A stretch of DNA of 55,189 bases, taken from the NCBI GenBank assembly GCA_040220235.1, contig JAVJTO010000040.1. The stretch is one strand, 5' to 3'. Source of the stretch: Coleofasciculus sp. B1-GNL1-01. GTDB taxonomy: Bacteria; Cyanobacteriota; Cyanobacteriia; Cyanobacteriales; Coleofasciculaceae. The translations under genes were made by a program, and so were the position numbers. The notes beneath the pieces are model-generated. The model saw nothing but the letters and a program-made list of their open reading frames with translations, was not told the origin of the DNA and searched no databases. Shown in pieces: positions 17,932 through 26,556 of this stretch (position 1 is its first letter; the number at the start of each line of letters is the position of its first letter).

Positions 17932-19632
17932 CTATAAAAAATCCGATTGCCAAATGTGAACAGCACGTTGGGCAAAATGCCTCTGGCGTGCAGCCATTGC
18001 ATCCGGATTCCATTCTTCAGCCGTAATTCGTTGAGTGAGCTGATAAACACTCTGCTGATATTTTTCTTGCTTACTCTGATAGTTTTTTTGCCCAATATCC
18101 CGATTAAACGAGGGTTCTAATAGCGTCAGATTTCCCAGACGATAAACCATTTCCTCTAATTGCCGCTCAGTGAAATATTGCCGCCATTCATCGGTTGGCA
18201 CTTCCGGGAGAATATGTTCGATAGAAAAACTATTTTCCTCCACCTGCATCCCTGACGCATCTGCCTCTAACTGACTGAGGATATAACGAACGAGTTTACG
18301 CTTTTGCCCTTTTGTCGAGATTGAGAGTAGAGAAAAATCTTGTTGAAATTTTTCGTCAGTGACATAAACCGGACGAAGAGTATCAAATACTTGTCGTGGC
18401 GTTGTGATGGTTCCCTCTGCAATATTAGTGGCAACAGTATTGTAAAATGATTCCAGTTCATTCGGATTTAAGCGGCTAACAATACTATAGCGGAACGAGA
18501 TGACAACGATGAGCTTGAGTAAGCGCGTGAAATTTTCCGGAGAAAACTGCTGATAGGCAGCAAATAGAGTCGGGTAAGCCTGTTTGACTCGAAATAAATT
18601 CAACTCACGGATGTAAGGTTGGTTCTCCGGAGTATCACGCCAGAATTCATCATTGGGATTGCTGAGGGCGACATATAAACTACTAAAGTTCTCAAGCTGA
18701 TCCAATAAATCAAACGCTTTGGTTGCATTATTGACCGATGCTCGAACCAGCTTGAATAAGCGTTCACGCCGCACTCGCTCATGGTTTAAACTCAAATAAT
18801 AACGCAGAAATTCTGGGAACTTCTCCATCTGAACTGTATTGATAATGCGTCGCCATTGGCGCTGTGCTTCTTGTAAGTCGTCGGGTCCTCGAAAGAGCGA
18901 AAAGAGGTAATTTTTCAACAAGTCAGTCGAGGTTAGCTCGATTCCTCTGGCATTTAATGTCTCAAAAACGGTATAAGCATTCAGTTCATCTTCAACACTG
19001 ATTTGGATGAACAACAGTCCTTGAGCCACTGTATCGGTAATAAACATTGCCAATTTTTCGCCATCTTGAGTCACCTCTGGCAGTTTTTCTAATTGAGTGA
19101 AGAAGTATTCAAAAGCTTGCCATAGGAGTTGATTGGATTTCGAGAGAGAACGAATATTTAGGGGTTTTCTCAGGTTAACTAAATTACTTTGATAAAAATC
19201 ATTATTATTTTCATTCAAAATCAGTTTACTTGAATATCGCAGAGAACGAGGGTCGCGATCACCGAGATAAGTCCGCTTGAGAATTTCTTGTCGTTCTTGG
19301 TTGGCTTGAGGCTCAATATCTTTCTCGACAAGCTGTTGGAGCATTTTAATAACAGCAACGGCAATAATACTGAGTGTGGCTAGGCGTTGCTGACCGTCAA
19401 TAATGGTAAATGATTGATCAGTTGTCCCAGAACGTTGCAGGACAATTGCTCCCATATAATGACTGACACTAACATTATTATGCAGCATTAAAATATCCTG
19501 CCAAAGGTCTTCCCAATTCTCCACCGTCCAGGAATAATCCCGTTGAAACGGCGGGACGCGATAGATTTTTCCGTTGCTAATTAAATCGCCGAAGCTAGTT
19601 GTGCGAGTATCTAGAAGGTTAATCCGAACCAT
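17932..19632 (-). CDS. DUF262 + DUF1524 protein (GmrSD/SspE-like modification-dependent nuclease)
   Basis: VPPFQRDYSW, IIDGQQRL and FETLNARG (DUF262); SIEHILP and RLGNLTLL...N (DUF1524 HNH-like). Confidence 0.92.
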   Translation of the reverse strand: MVRINLLDTRTTSFGDLISNGKIYRVPPFQRDYSWTVENWEDLWQDILMLHNNVSVSHYMGAIVLQRSGTTDQSFTIIDGQQRLATLSIIAVAVIKMLQQLVEKDIEPQANQERQEILKRTYLGDRDPRSLRYSSKLILNENNNDFYQSNLVNLRKPLNIRSLSKSNQLLWQAFEYFFTQLEKLPEVTQDGEKLAMFITDTVAQGLLFIQISVEDELNAYTVFETLNARGIELTSTDLLKNYLFSLFRGPDDLQEAQRQWRRIINTVQMEKFPEFLRYYLSLNHERVRRERLFKLVRASVNNATKAFDLLDQLENFSSLYVALSNPNDEFWRDTPENQPYIRELNLFRVKQAYPTLFAAYQQFSPENFTRLLKLIVVISFRYSIVSRLNPNELESFYNTVATNIAEGTITTPRQVFDTLRPVYVTDEKFQQDFSLLSISTKGQKRKLVRYILSQLEADASGMQVEENSFSIEHILPEVPTDEWRQYFTERQLEEMVYRLGNLTLLEPSFNRDIGQKNYQSKQEKYQQSVYQLTQRITAEEWNPDAMAARQRHFAQRAVHIWQSDFL

Positions 19633-19749
19633 AATAAAAAGGTAGAAGGTAAACGACAGAAGGATGTGCAAACTAGATAGATTATCAAGGGGGTAGTCAA
19701 CTCAGATTTGGTATCACTGGCTTGGAGGAGATGGGGGGATCTTGAACAC

Positions 19750-19838
19750 AGGACTTACGCAGACACACCACGGATGGGGGTAAAGGTGCGTTACGCTACG
19801 GTAACACACCCTACAAATAGAGCCTTTGCGTAAGTCCT
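19750..19838. mobile_element. 89-bp miniature element bounded by AGGACTTACGCA inverted repeats
   Basis: 12-bp perfect IRs at 19750-19761 and 19827-19838; a solo end also occurs near 9322. Confidence 0.7.
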
Positions 19839-19881
19839 AGAACAGTTTGCTAAACTCAGATTAACAAATAAACAGCAACCG

Positions 19882-20517
19882 ATGGTTACAGGTTTAGGGA
19901 TTACTGATACTATAAAAAGCTTAAACGATCTGCGGGTGCGCTGTAATTTGCGTCAAGCGGATGATGATCGCTTTTTCAGTGAGTGGGTTGACGATTTACT
20001 CGAACTCGACGAACAAGAAGAGGCGGGTGTTACTCGGATTAAGCAACGCTATGATTATCATCGCGGCGATGGTTTGTTATTGGAAGGTACAATCAATCTG
20101 CTGGTGGTTTCGCCACTATTAGAACTTGCAGGATTTCTTGATCCGCCTTTCCGCATTAGTTCGCCTTATGGGGTTGGGTTAGAACTTGATGATCCGGAAG
20201 AAACGATTCGCGGTTTTATTGATACGTTGGTTGTACAAGAACAACTTTGGATTTTGGTGATTGAGTCGAAGCGAACCAGTATTCCGGTTCCGGCGGCTTT
20301 ACCACAGTTGTTGGCTTATATGTTAGCGAGTCCGCAGAGGGATCATCCAGCGTTTGGTATGGCGACAAATGGGGATGAGTTTGTGTTTTTAAAGCTTAGT
20401 CAAGGAGATAGTCCAGAGTATGATGTATCGCGGACTTTTTCGCTGTTTCCCAGGCGACATGAGTTAAGCGAGGTTCTACGGATTTTGAAGCGGTTGGGAC
20501 AGGCGGTGGTGGAGTAA
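19882..20517 (+). CDS. PD-(D/E)xK restriction-endonuclease-like protein (HsdR_N-like)
   Basis: IRGFIDTLV...VIESK, QLLAYM and TNGDEF motifs. Confidence 0.8.
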   Translation: MVTGLGITDTIKSLNDLRVRCNLRQADDDRFFSEWVDDLLELDEQEEAGVTRIKQRYDYHRGDGLLLEGTINLLVVSPLLELAGFLDPPFRISSPYGVGLELDDPEETIRGFIDTLVVQEQLWILVIESKRTSIPVPAALPQLLAYMLASPQRDHPAFGMATNGDEFVFLKLSQGDSPEYDVSRTFSLFPRRHELSEVLRILKRLGQAVVE

Positions 20518-20967
20518 GATAAATTATCCTCATCCACAATCCATCCACTGCTTTCATGGCGTACTACCAAAGTAACTCTTCGTGCTACAATAATAGTTGG
20601 TATGGCTGTTATCGCTAATACATTCTCTCAATGATGGGCGAACAGTAAGGCACAGCCTACTTATTATGGCTATAGTATAAACTTGTACTTTGACAGATAA
20701 CTCTTTCCAAGTTACCTACAGAATCAATTTACATCACTCAGGTCAAGTCTTGAAAGCGGTGTTCCTACTGTGAGAAACAAACTTGGAGGTCATGGTCAAG
20801 GTTCCCAGCCTTGTATTGTGCCACAATATTTTGCAGCTTACCAACTTCACATGACGGCGAGTACAATTTTGTTTCTGATTGAAGCGGAGAAGGCACTACC
20901 TTGAGGATACTGCCTATTACAACTAGCTTCTTATTTACACTAACCAACCGTAGCGATCGCCTATCTA

Positions 20968-21387
20968 TTATACGGTGACTAACGACTTATCTTCTTCCCA
21001 CGACAGCAATGAATCGAGTTTTCCTGATTCTGAAAATGTTCGCGCTGCTAGCAGACAACGCAGCAAATCAACAGACATCTTTGTGGAATAAAGCCCTTCT
21101 TGTCCGCCAATAACGAGTTTTTCGGTTGCTTCAGGTTTGGATAAATCAACTAAATTATAAAAATCCAGATTATCGAAGGTGACTGAAACAACATATTTCC
21201 CAGCATAACCACCGCCAATCGTCATGTAAGTCTCATCATCGGCTGCTAAGGTAACTAAGGTTTGATTTTTTCCATTTAACTGGCGGATAGCTGCTTCTAT
21301 CTGACTCCAATCCGGATTTTCGATTAAGTCACCTTGATTTTTGTTGCCAACCCATTTTTCGATTGATAGGTTTGATACAAACATCAT
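20968..21387 (-). CDS. Immunity protein, Imm1-like
   Basis: ENPDWSQIEAAIRQLNG, YMTIGGG, GGQ and AARTFSESG..W pattern; AAGGAGG RBS; ATGATG overlap with the upstream toxin frame. Confidence 0.75.
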   Translation of the reverse strand: MMFVSNLSIEKWVGNKNQGDLIENPDWSQIEAAIRQLNGKNQTLVTLAADDETYMTIGGGYAGKYVVSVTFDNLDFYNLVDLSKPEATEKLVIGGQEGLYSTKMSVDLLRCLLAARTFSESGKLDSLLSWEEDKSLVTV

Positions 21388-21815
21388 TGCCTCCTTCTAT
21401 TTGGGGGTTTGACTATTCTTTTCTTGTTTTCACTTGGAGTTATGATTTCCAATTCTTCTATGCCTAACTGCCAAGCCATAGAATTCACACCTCCTCTTAA
21501 ACCGCAAGCCGCACAAAGATCTCGATCAACAATTAAACGAGCTTTACCCCCTCTAATGCCTGCATCTGCGGCTTGTTGGAAGGCATCAGCCTCAGCGTGG
21601 GTTTTAGTGATTGGATTAACCCTAAAAGTTATCGGTCGAGGATTGGGATTATCACCAGAATTGATACCGAAGAAATTTTCACCCCTGATTTCTAATTTGG
21701 CTATAGTTGAGTAATCTTCTGCGCTGCCCGCAGGAGGTAAACCCAGGCGCTGTCTGTATTCGGCTAATTCGTCAAAAACACTGTTCGTCGTTTTCCTGCC
21801 TTTAGATAAGTTTGC
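21384..21815 (-). CDS. Zinc-dependent deaminase toxin domain (CDA fold, MafB19-like); start codon unresolved, possibly a pseudogene
   Basis: My translation of the 143-codon stop-to-stop frame includes ...TIAKLEIRGENFFGINS...KTHAEADAFQQA...LIVDRDLCAACG...; absent from the ORF track. Confidence 0.82.
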   Translation of the reverse strand, partial: ANLSKGRKTTNSVFDELAEYRQRLGLPPAGSAEDYSTIAKLEIRGENFFGINSGDNPNPRPITFRVNPITKTHAEADAFQQAADAGIRGGKARLIVDRDLCAACGLRGGVNSMAWQLGIEELEIITPSENKKRIVKPPNRRRQ

Positions 21816-22156
21816 CTATTTTCCCTAATTTGGATTTACTTGTTATTTTAAGTGGTTTTGAGTTAAGTACAGGGCGACCCGATCAAATTGAGTGGACACC
21901 GTTGTTGATTTGTGGAAGCGGGTCGCCCCTACGATAAACGATAAACTATATTCTGGAGCGATCGCCTGAGTTTTCATGGCATAAATCTTTGGCAACGCTT
22001 GTCGGACATGGCGTGTGATTGTGTAGGGGCGGGTTTCACGACTATCCTTTCGGTTACACCTAGATGTGACTAAACCCGCCCCGACTTCCGCCGATTTCAA
22101 GTCTTTTGGTGAAACACGGATCAAAGCACATCCCTCACAATCGCAATTGTTTTATT

Positions 22157-23158
22157 CTAATGCTTCAACACCAAGCGATAGCGCGGTTTACCATGGCGCA
22201 GTTTTTCCATCGCCTCATTCACTTGTTCAAAGCTGAAGGTTTCAGTAATCGGTTCAACACCCTGTCTTGCAGCAAAATCCAGCATCCGAGTAATGGTGAC
22301 TGGACTCCCCAGGGGACTGGCTGAAATTGACTTTTGACCAAGAATCAGAGGGAAAATTGGAGTAGACAGGGGATTGGGAATGACTCCAACAAAGTGTAAC
22401 CGACCTTTGGGACGTAATGCAGCAATGTAGGCGTTCCAATCGAGGTCAGCATTCGCTGTGACGAGAATAAAGTCAAAGGAATTCTGCACGGATTCTAAGG
22501 CGTTGACATCGCCCGAATTGATAAAATGAGTGGCTCCCAATTCCCGTGCTTCTGCTTCTTTATCAGGACTACTGGAAAACGCTGTGATCTCACACCCCCA
22601 AGCTTGGAGGAAACGCAGCGCGATATGACCTAATCCACCAATACCAATCACGCCCACGCGATCGCTCGATTTAATGTCAAACTGAACAATCGGGTTAAAT
22701 ACGGTAATCCCGCCGCAGAACAAAGGACCGGCGGTAGCGGGATTGATCCCATCAGGTAGGGGAATCACCCAACTGTGATCCGCACGAACCTTATCCGCGA
22801 ATCCACCATGACGACTGACAATAGTTCCTTCTGCATCCGAGCAAAGGTTGTGATTCCCTGACATACACCATTCGCACGTCATGCAGGAACTCGAAAACCA
22901 CCCTAATCCAACTCGTTGTCCTAGGTTAAGCGTGGTGACGTTATCGCCCAATGCAGCAATTGTACCCACAACTTCATGACCCGGAACAAAGGGATATTCA
23001 GTCATTTCCCACTCGTTGTCTAGCATACTCAGATCACTGTGACAAATCCCGCAATACTCGACATTAATCTCGACTTCTTCATCACCGAGACTACCGGGAT
23101 CGTACTCGAAGGGTTGGAGTTGTCCTCCGGGTTCATGAGCAGCATAAGCTTTGATCAT
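22157..23158 (-). CDS. Zn-dependent NAD(P) alcohol dehydrogenase / aldehyde reductase (Ahr/YjgB-like)
   Basis: CGICHSD, GHEVVG, structural Cys cluster and GIGGLG. Confidence 0.93.
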   Translation of the reverse strand: MIKAYAAHEPGGQLQPFEYDPGSLGDEEVEINVEYCGICHSDLSMLDNEWEMTEYPFVPGHEVVGTIAALGDNVTTLNLGQRVGLGWFSSSCMTCEWCMSGNHNLCSDAEGTIVSRHGGFADKVRADHSWVIPLPDGINPATAGPLFCGGITVFNPIVQFDIKSSDRVGVIGIGGLGHIALRFLQAWGCEITAFSSSPDKEAEARELGATHFINSGDVNALESVQNSFDFILVTANADLDWNAYIAALRPKGRLHFVGVIPNPLSTPIFPLILGQKSISASPLGSPVTITRMLDFAARQGVEPITETFSFEQVNEAMEKLRHGKPRYRLVLKH

Positions 23159-23321
23159 GGTGAAATCTGTAATAGTTGCTGTTGATCATGTTAAAGGATT
23201 GAACCCCCTTCTATCAGAAAAATGGTATACCCTTAGTTACGGTTGATGGAAATAAACCCAACTATACTAAGTTATATAAAGATTCCTCAAACTCTGACAT
23301 AAGACATAAGACGAATGACCA

Positions 23322-24989
23322 ATGGAACAGGACGTTTTCCGCGAACTTGCAAACACGCTGCGATCGGCAATTGGTCTGCTGGATGGGGAACAGAACGCCC
23401 AACTCCGCCAAGACGCGATCGCACTCTGCGATTATCTGGAGAATCCGATTTTCCGCATCGCTGTTTTTGGTCCGTTTAATTACGGAAAATCGACGTTACT
23501 CAATGCTTTACTGGGGAAACGTACCCTACCTATCGATTTAATCCCCACCACAGGCGCGGCGATTCATATCCGTTACGGGAACGAAGTACACACGCGCATT
23601 ACCCTCTCTAACGGTCAACAAATCAGTGAAAACGGAACAGATGTCCTGAAACAGTTTGCCATATTAGATGACCAACGGCGGATGCGGGAGGATGTGACTA
23701 ATGTTGAGGTCTTTTGTCCCCATCCGTTCCTGAAAACGGGGGTAGAATTGCTGGATTTACCGGGAACGGATGACCGCGAAGCCCAGGAAGCCTTAGTTCG
23801 CGACCAACTGCTCACGGCGGATTTAATTGTTCAGGTGCTGGATGGTCGTAAGTTGATGACGTTAGGGGAACGAGAACACCTGAGAGATTGGTTATTGGAT
23901 CGGGGAATAAATACGGTTATTTTTGTGGTTAATTTTCTGAATTTATTGGAACCCGACGAGCAGAAACAAGTCTATAACCGTTTATTATTTGTAGCAGAAA
24001 GTTTCCGCTCGCAACTGCCGAATAATATCAGTAATATCTATCGCGTCGATGCTCTCCCCGCCTTACGCTATCGGCTCAAAGGCGATACCGCCGCTGCCCA
24101 AACTACGGGGTTAGATATGTTGGAATCGGCGCTGCAAAGCATTGTCGCCGAGCGCCATGAGAGCCTCGCCATCCGCTTTCCCCGTGTGCAGGCGATCGCG
24201 TCTCAAATCCAACAGGCTGCAACCGTCAAAATGCAAGCCGTTTCTGCTGAAATTGCGGTGGCGGAGCAAAAGCATCAAACGAAATTAGAGATTAAACAAA
24301 AAGCCCAAAATCTGATTCAAAAAGGATTCGCCGCCAGTGTGTCGGATTTCCAAGGATGGCTGTATTTACCCAAACTTTTAGAACGCTATCAATCAGAACT
24401 GGTTGCAGCGCTACAACAGGGTACATTTAATTTGTGGGAACAAGGCGGTTTTAAAGAGGCGATTCAGAACCATCAACAGGGAATTGTTAAATGGGTACAT
24501 CAAGCCAGTGAATTTTTCGATCGCCAACCTCCCACTGATCTGACCATTCCCTTTCCCAAACCCCCAGAAGTCCAGCTTCCCGAACCCCCACCCCAAGCCA
24601 AAGGAACCAAGGGCGTTACTCCAGTTGCGATCGCGACGGGACTCGGTTGGGTATTTGGGGGACCTGTTGGCGCGGCGGTGGCGGGTGGGGCGACATATTT
24701 GTTGAATAAAAATTCCGGCGATTCTGCACCGCCAAAGTCTTCAATGTCTTATGTAGAACAAGTGACTCAATCGTACACGGATGCGGCGACAGAGTACCTA
24801 ACTTGTTTTAGCCGCGAAGCGGTTTCTGCGCTGGAAGCTTATGAGAAATTGGCGGAAACGATGATTAATGTTAATTTGACGAATGAGCCGTTAAAATTGA
24901 CAATTGATCATCATCAGTTACAGTTGTTGCAAAATGTTTTAGAGAATTTGGAGCAAGAATTGGAGCGGGTGCGGTTAGCCCTGAATTAA
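23322..24989 (+). CDS. Bacterial dynamin-like GTPase
   Basis: GPFNYGKSTLLNALLG, IPTT and DLPG motifs; helical stalk; hydrophobic hairpin VAIATGLGWVFGGPVGAAVAGGATYLL. Confidence 0.88.
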   Translation: MEQDVFRELANTLRSAIGLLDGEQNAQLRQDAIALCDYLENPIFRIAVFGPFNYGKSTLLNALLGKRTLPIDLIPTTGAAIHIRYGNEVHTRITLSNGQQISENGTDVLKQFAILDDQRRMREDVTNVEVFCPHPFLKTGVELLDLPGTDDREAQEALVRDQLLTADLIVQVLDGRKLMTLGEREHLRDWLLDRGINTVIFVVNFLNLLEPDEQKQVYNRLLFVAESFRSQLPNNISNIYRVDALPALRYRLKGDTAAAQTTGLDMLESALQSIVAERHESLAIRFPRVQAIASQIQQAATVKMQAVSAEIAVAEQKHQTKLEIKQKAQNLIQKGFAASVSDFQGWLYLPKLLERYQSELVAALQQGTFNLWEQGGFKEAIQNHQQGIVKWVHQASEFFDRQPPTDLTIPFPKPPEVQLPEPPPQAKGTKGVTPVAIATGLGWVFGGPVGAAVAGGATYLLNKNSGDSAPPKSSMSYVEQVTQSYTDAATEYLTCFSREAVSALEAYEKLAETMINVNLTNEPLKLTIDHHQLQLLQNVLENLEQELERVRLALN

Positions 24990-25234
24990 AGCCCTGAACT
25001 CAAGTACTGGCTGAAAGCTAAAATCCGTTCAAACGGGTTCAAATTCTTTAATGGAGTAAGCTTTAGCTTCCTTAAGCTTTAGGTTCCGGAAATTTATTTC
25101 CCGGCTAGAGGTGAGCTAGCCCTGAACTCAAGTTCGGGCTGAAAGCTAAAACCCGTTCAAACGGGTTCAAATTCTTTAATGTAGTAAGCTTTAGCTTACT
25201 TAAGCGTTGGTTCCGGAAATTTATTTCCCGGCTA
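24990..25234. repeat. Tandem duplication of a palindrome-rich element of about 118 bp (period 128)
   Basis: Copies at 24990-25107 and 25118-25234; internal hairpins such as AACCCGTTcAAACGGGTT. Confidence 0.9.
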
Positions 25235-25237
25235 CTA

Positions 25238-25426
25238 CTACTTTTGATAACGCCACTGTTTTGCCCGAACTACACCAACTAATTTAATTCCACTCTCAAT
25301 TTGAGCAAATCGCTCTTGTTTGATGGATCGCGCTGAACTCTTCTGCACGGAGGTTAAGCTAAAAGTCAGGAGTGCCAAGACTAATGCCGTGGCGGTTAAA
25401 TTACGAGTAAATTTTACGTTAAACAT
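25238..25426 (-). CDS. Small putative secreted protein (62 aa)
   Basis: Signal-like N-terminus (FTRNLTATALVLALLTFSL...SSA). Confidence 0.5.
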   Translation of the reverse strand: MFNVKFTRNLTATALVLALLTFSLTSVQKSSARSIKQERFAQIESGIKLVGVVRAKQWRYQK

Positions 25427-25759
25427 AGCCCTGAAATAACCTTACTCAATCACTGGCAAGACTCCAGTGGTAAACTCAGCTATGACTTGGTGATGGAAAA
25501 TCACCGGGATAAAACTCCCTGTCAAGTAAAATCATAAACTAAAAACCCTCTTAAATAGCTTCAGTAAACTTACTGAAAATTTTGCGGATCTTTTATCAGC
25601 CATTTCGCGTAGATTCACCGAACAATCTTCATAAAATAAAGATTTAATGAAGATTATGGGTAGTTTACCGATCACTTGGGCGACTCAGCTACGGCGGTTA
25701 GGCGATGGCTAAATAGGGCTGACAACGCCATAACCGTTCAACTGCCAGTCAAGCTCAAG

Positions 25760-25837
25760 TTAAATATGATCGTTTCTGGTTAAAACTTCCAGCATGAATA
25801 TAATACCCAAAAGCATCACAATAAGAACAGATTCCAT
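25760..25837 (-). CDS. Unannotated 25-aa single-TM peptide MESVLIVMLLGIIFMLEVLTRNDHI
   Basis: AGGAG RBS 8 nt upstream of the ATG; hydrophobic core with a charged tail. Confidence 0.55.
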   Translation of the reverse strand: MESVLIVMLLGIIFMLEVLTRNDHI

Positions 25838-26130
25838 AACTAAATCTCCTGCTGTCAATACTTCAACAGTAGAAAAATAGAGTTGGGTTTAGAGAGGATA
25901 ATAGGTAACTCTTTTGATTGACTATTAAATAACCAATCCATCTCACCAAATCTGTAGCTTTGGTAACATCTGGATATGTACAGTTTGCCAATTGGCACTG
26001 TTTTTAGGGCGAGGTTAAGCCCTGCACTAAAATACCACCAACGCCAAAAACTGAGTTTCTGGCGATTGGTGCAACTTGAAAGCCTGGATTATTCGTTAAG
26101 CAACCCGGTTTTTCATGTCTTGGTAAGTAT

Positions 26131-26541
26131 TCATCGGACATGACATAACCAATCAATCATCCCATCTGGCAAGATAATTTTAGTGCGAGTGTTCGTATCA
26201 ATACAAACATGGCGAGTTAAGGCATCTGCTAGGTGTCGTTGCGGTGAAGCAGCATCGATAACCTGATACTTAATTTCAAACTTGCTATCACTTAACCGTT
26301 GAGGTATCCCATCAATCAGCAGCTTGTCCCCACAAAACATGGGCTGAAAAAAGTCTACACTACTATGGATAATTGGCACAGCCACAGCAGCGTGACTAAA
26401 AAATGTTTTGAGATTAATACCCACCTTGGCTAGAGAGTCTTCATAGGCTTCGTGACACATCGCTAAAACATTGGCAAAGTAAACGACACCAGCAGCATCG
26501 GTATCTTGAAAGCGGACGGTGCGGTTATAGGTAAAGGACAT
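26131..26541 (-). CDS. 1,4-dihydroxy-2-naphthoyl-CoA hydrolase (4HBT-type thioesterase)
   Basis: RTVRFQDTDAAGVVYFAN..CHEAYE motif of the cyanobacterial DHNA-CoA thioesterase. Confidence 0.88.
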   Translation of the reverse strand: MSFTYNRTVRFQDTDAAGVVYFANVLAMCHEAYEDSLAKVGINLKTFFSHAAVAVPIIHSSVDFFQPMFCGDKLLIDGIPQRLSDSKFEIKYQVIDAASPQRHLADALTRHVCIDTNTRTKIILPDGMIDWLCHVR

Positions 26542-26556
26542 GCTTGACTGTTCTGT

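Noticed and set aside
20765..20947. 60-aa ORF downstream of the immunity gene as a second immunity or toxin cassette
   Set aside because: No recognisable motif; possibly a degraded fragment.
21409..21714. 101-aa plus-strand ORF in the track
   Set aside because: It is the antisense shadow of the minus-strand deaminase frame, which has the catalytic motifs and overlaps the immunity gene.
21843..22124. 93-aa ORF as the missing N-terminus of the deaminase
   Set aside because: It is composed largely of REP-like palindromes and is separated from the toxin frame by stop codons.
25954..25967. NtcA-like site GTAGCTTTGGTAAC
   Set aside because: One half-site deviates from GTA-N8-TAC, and there is no convincing -10 element at the canonical spacing.
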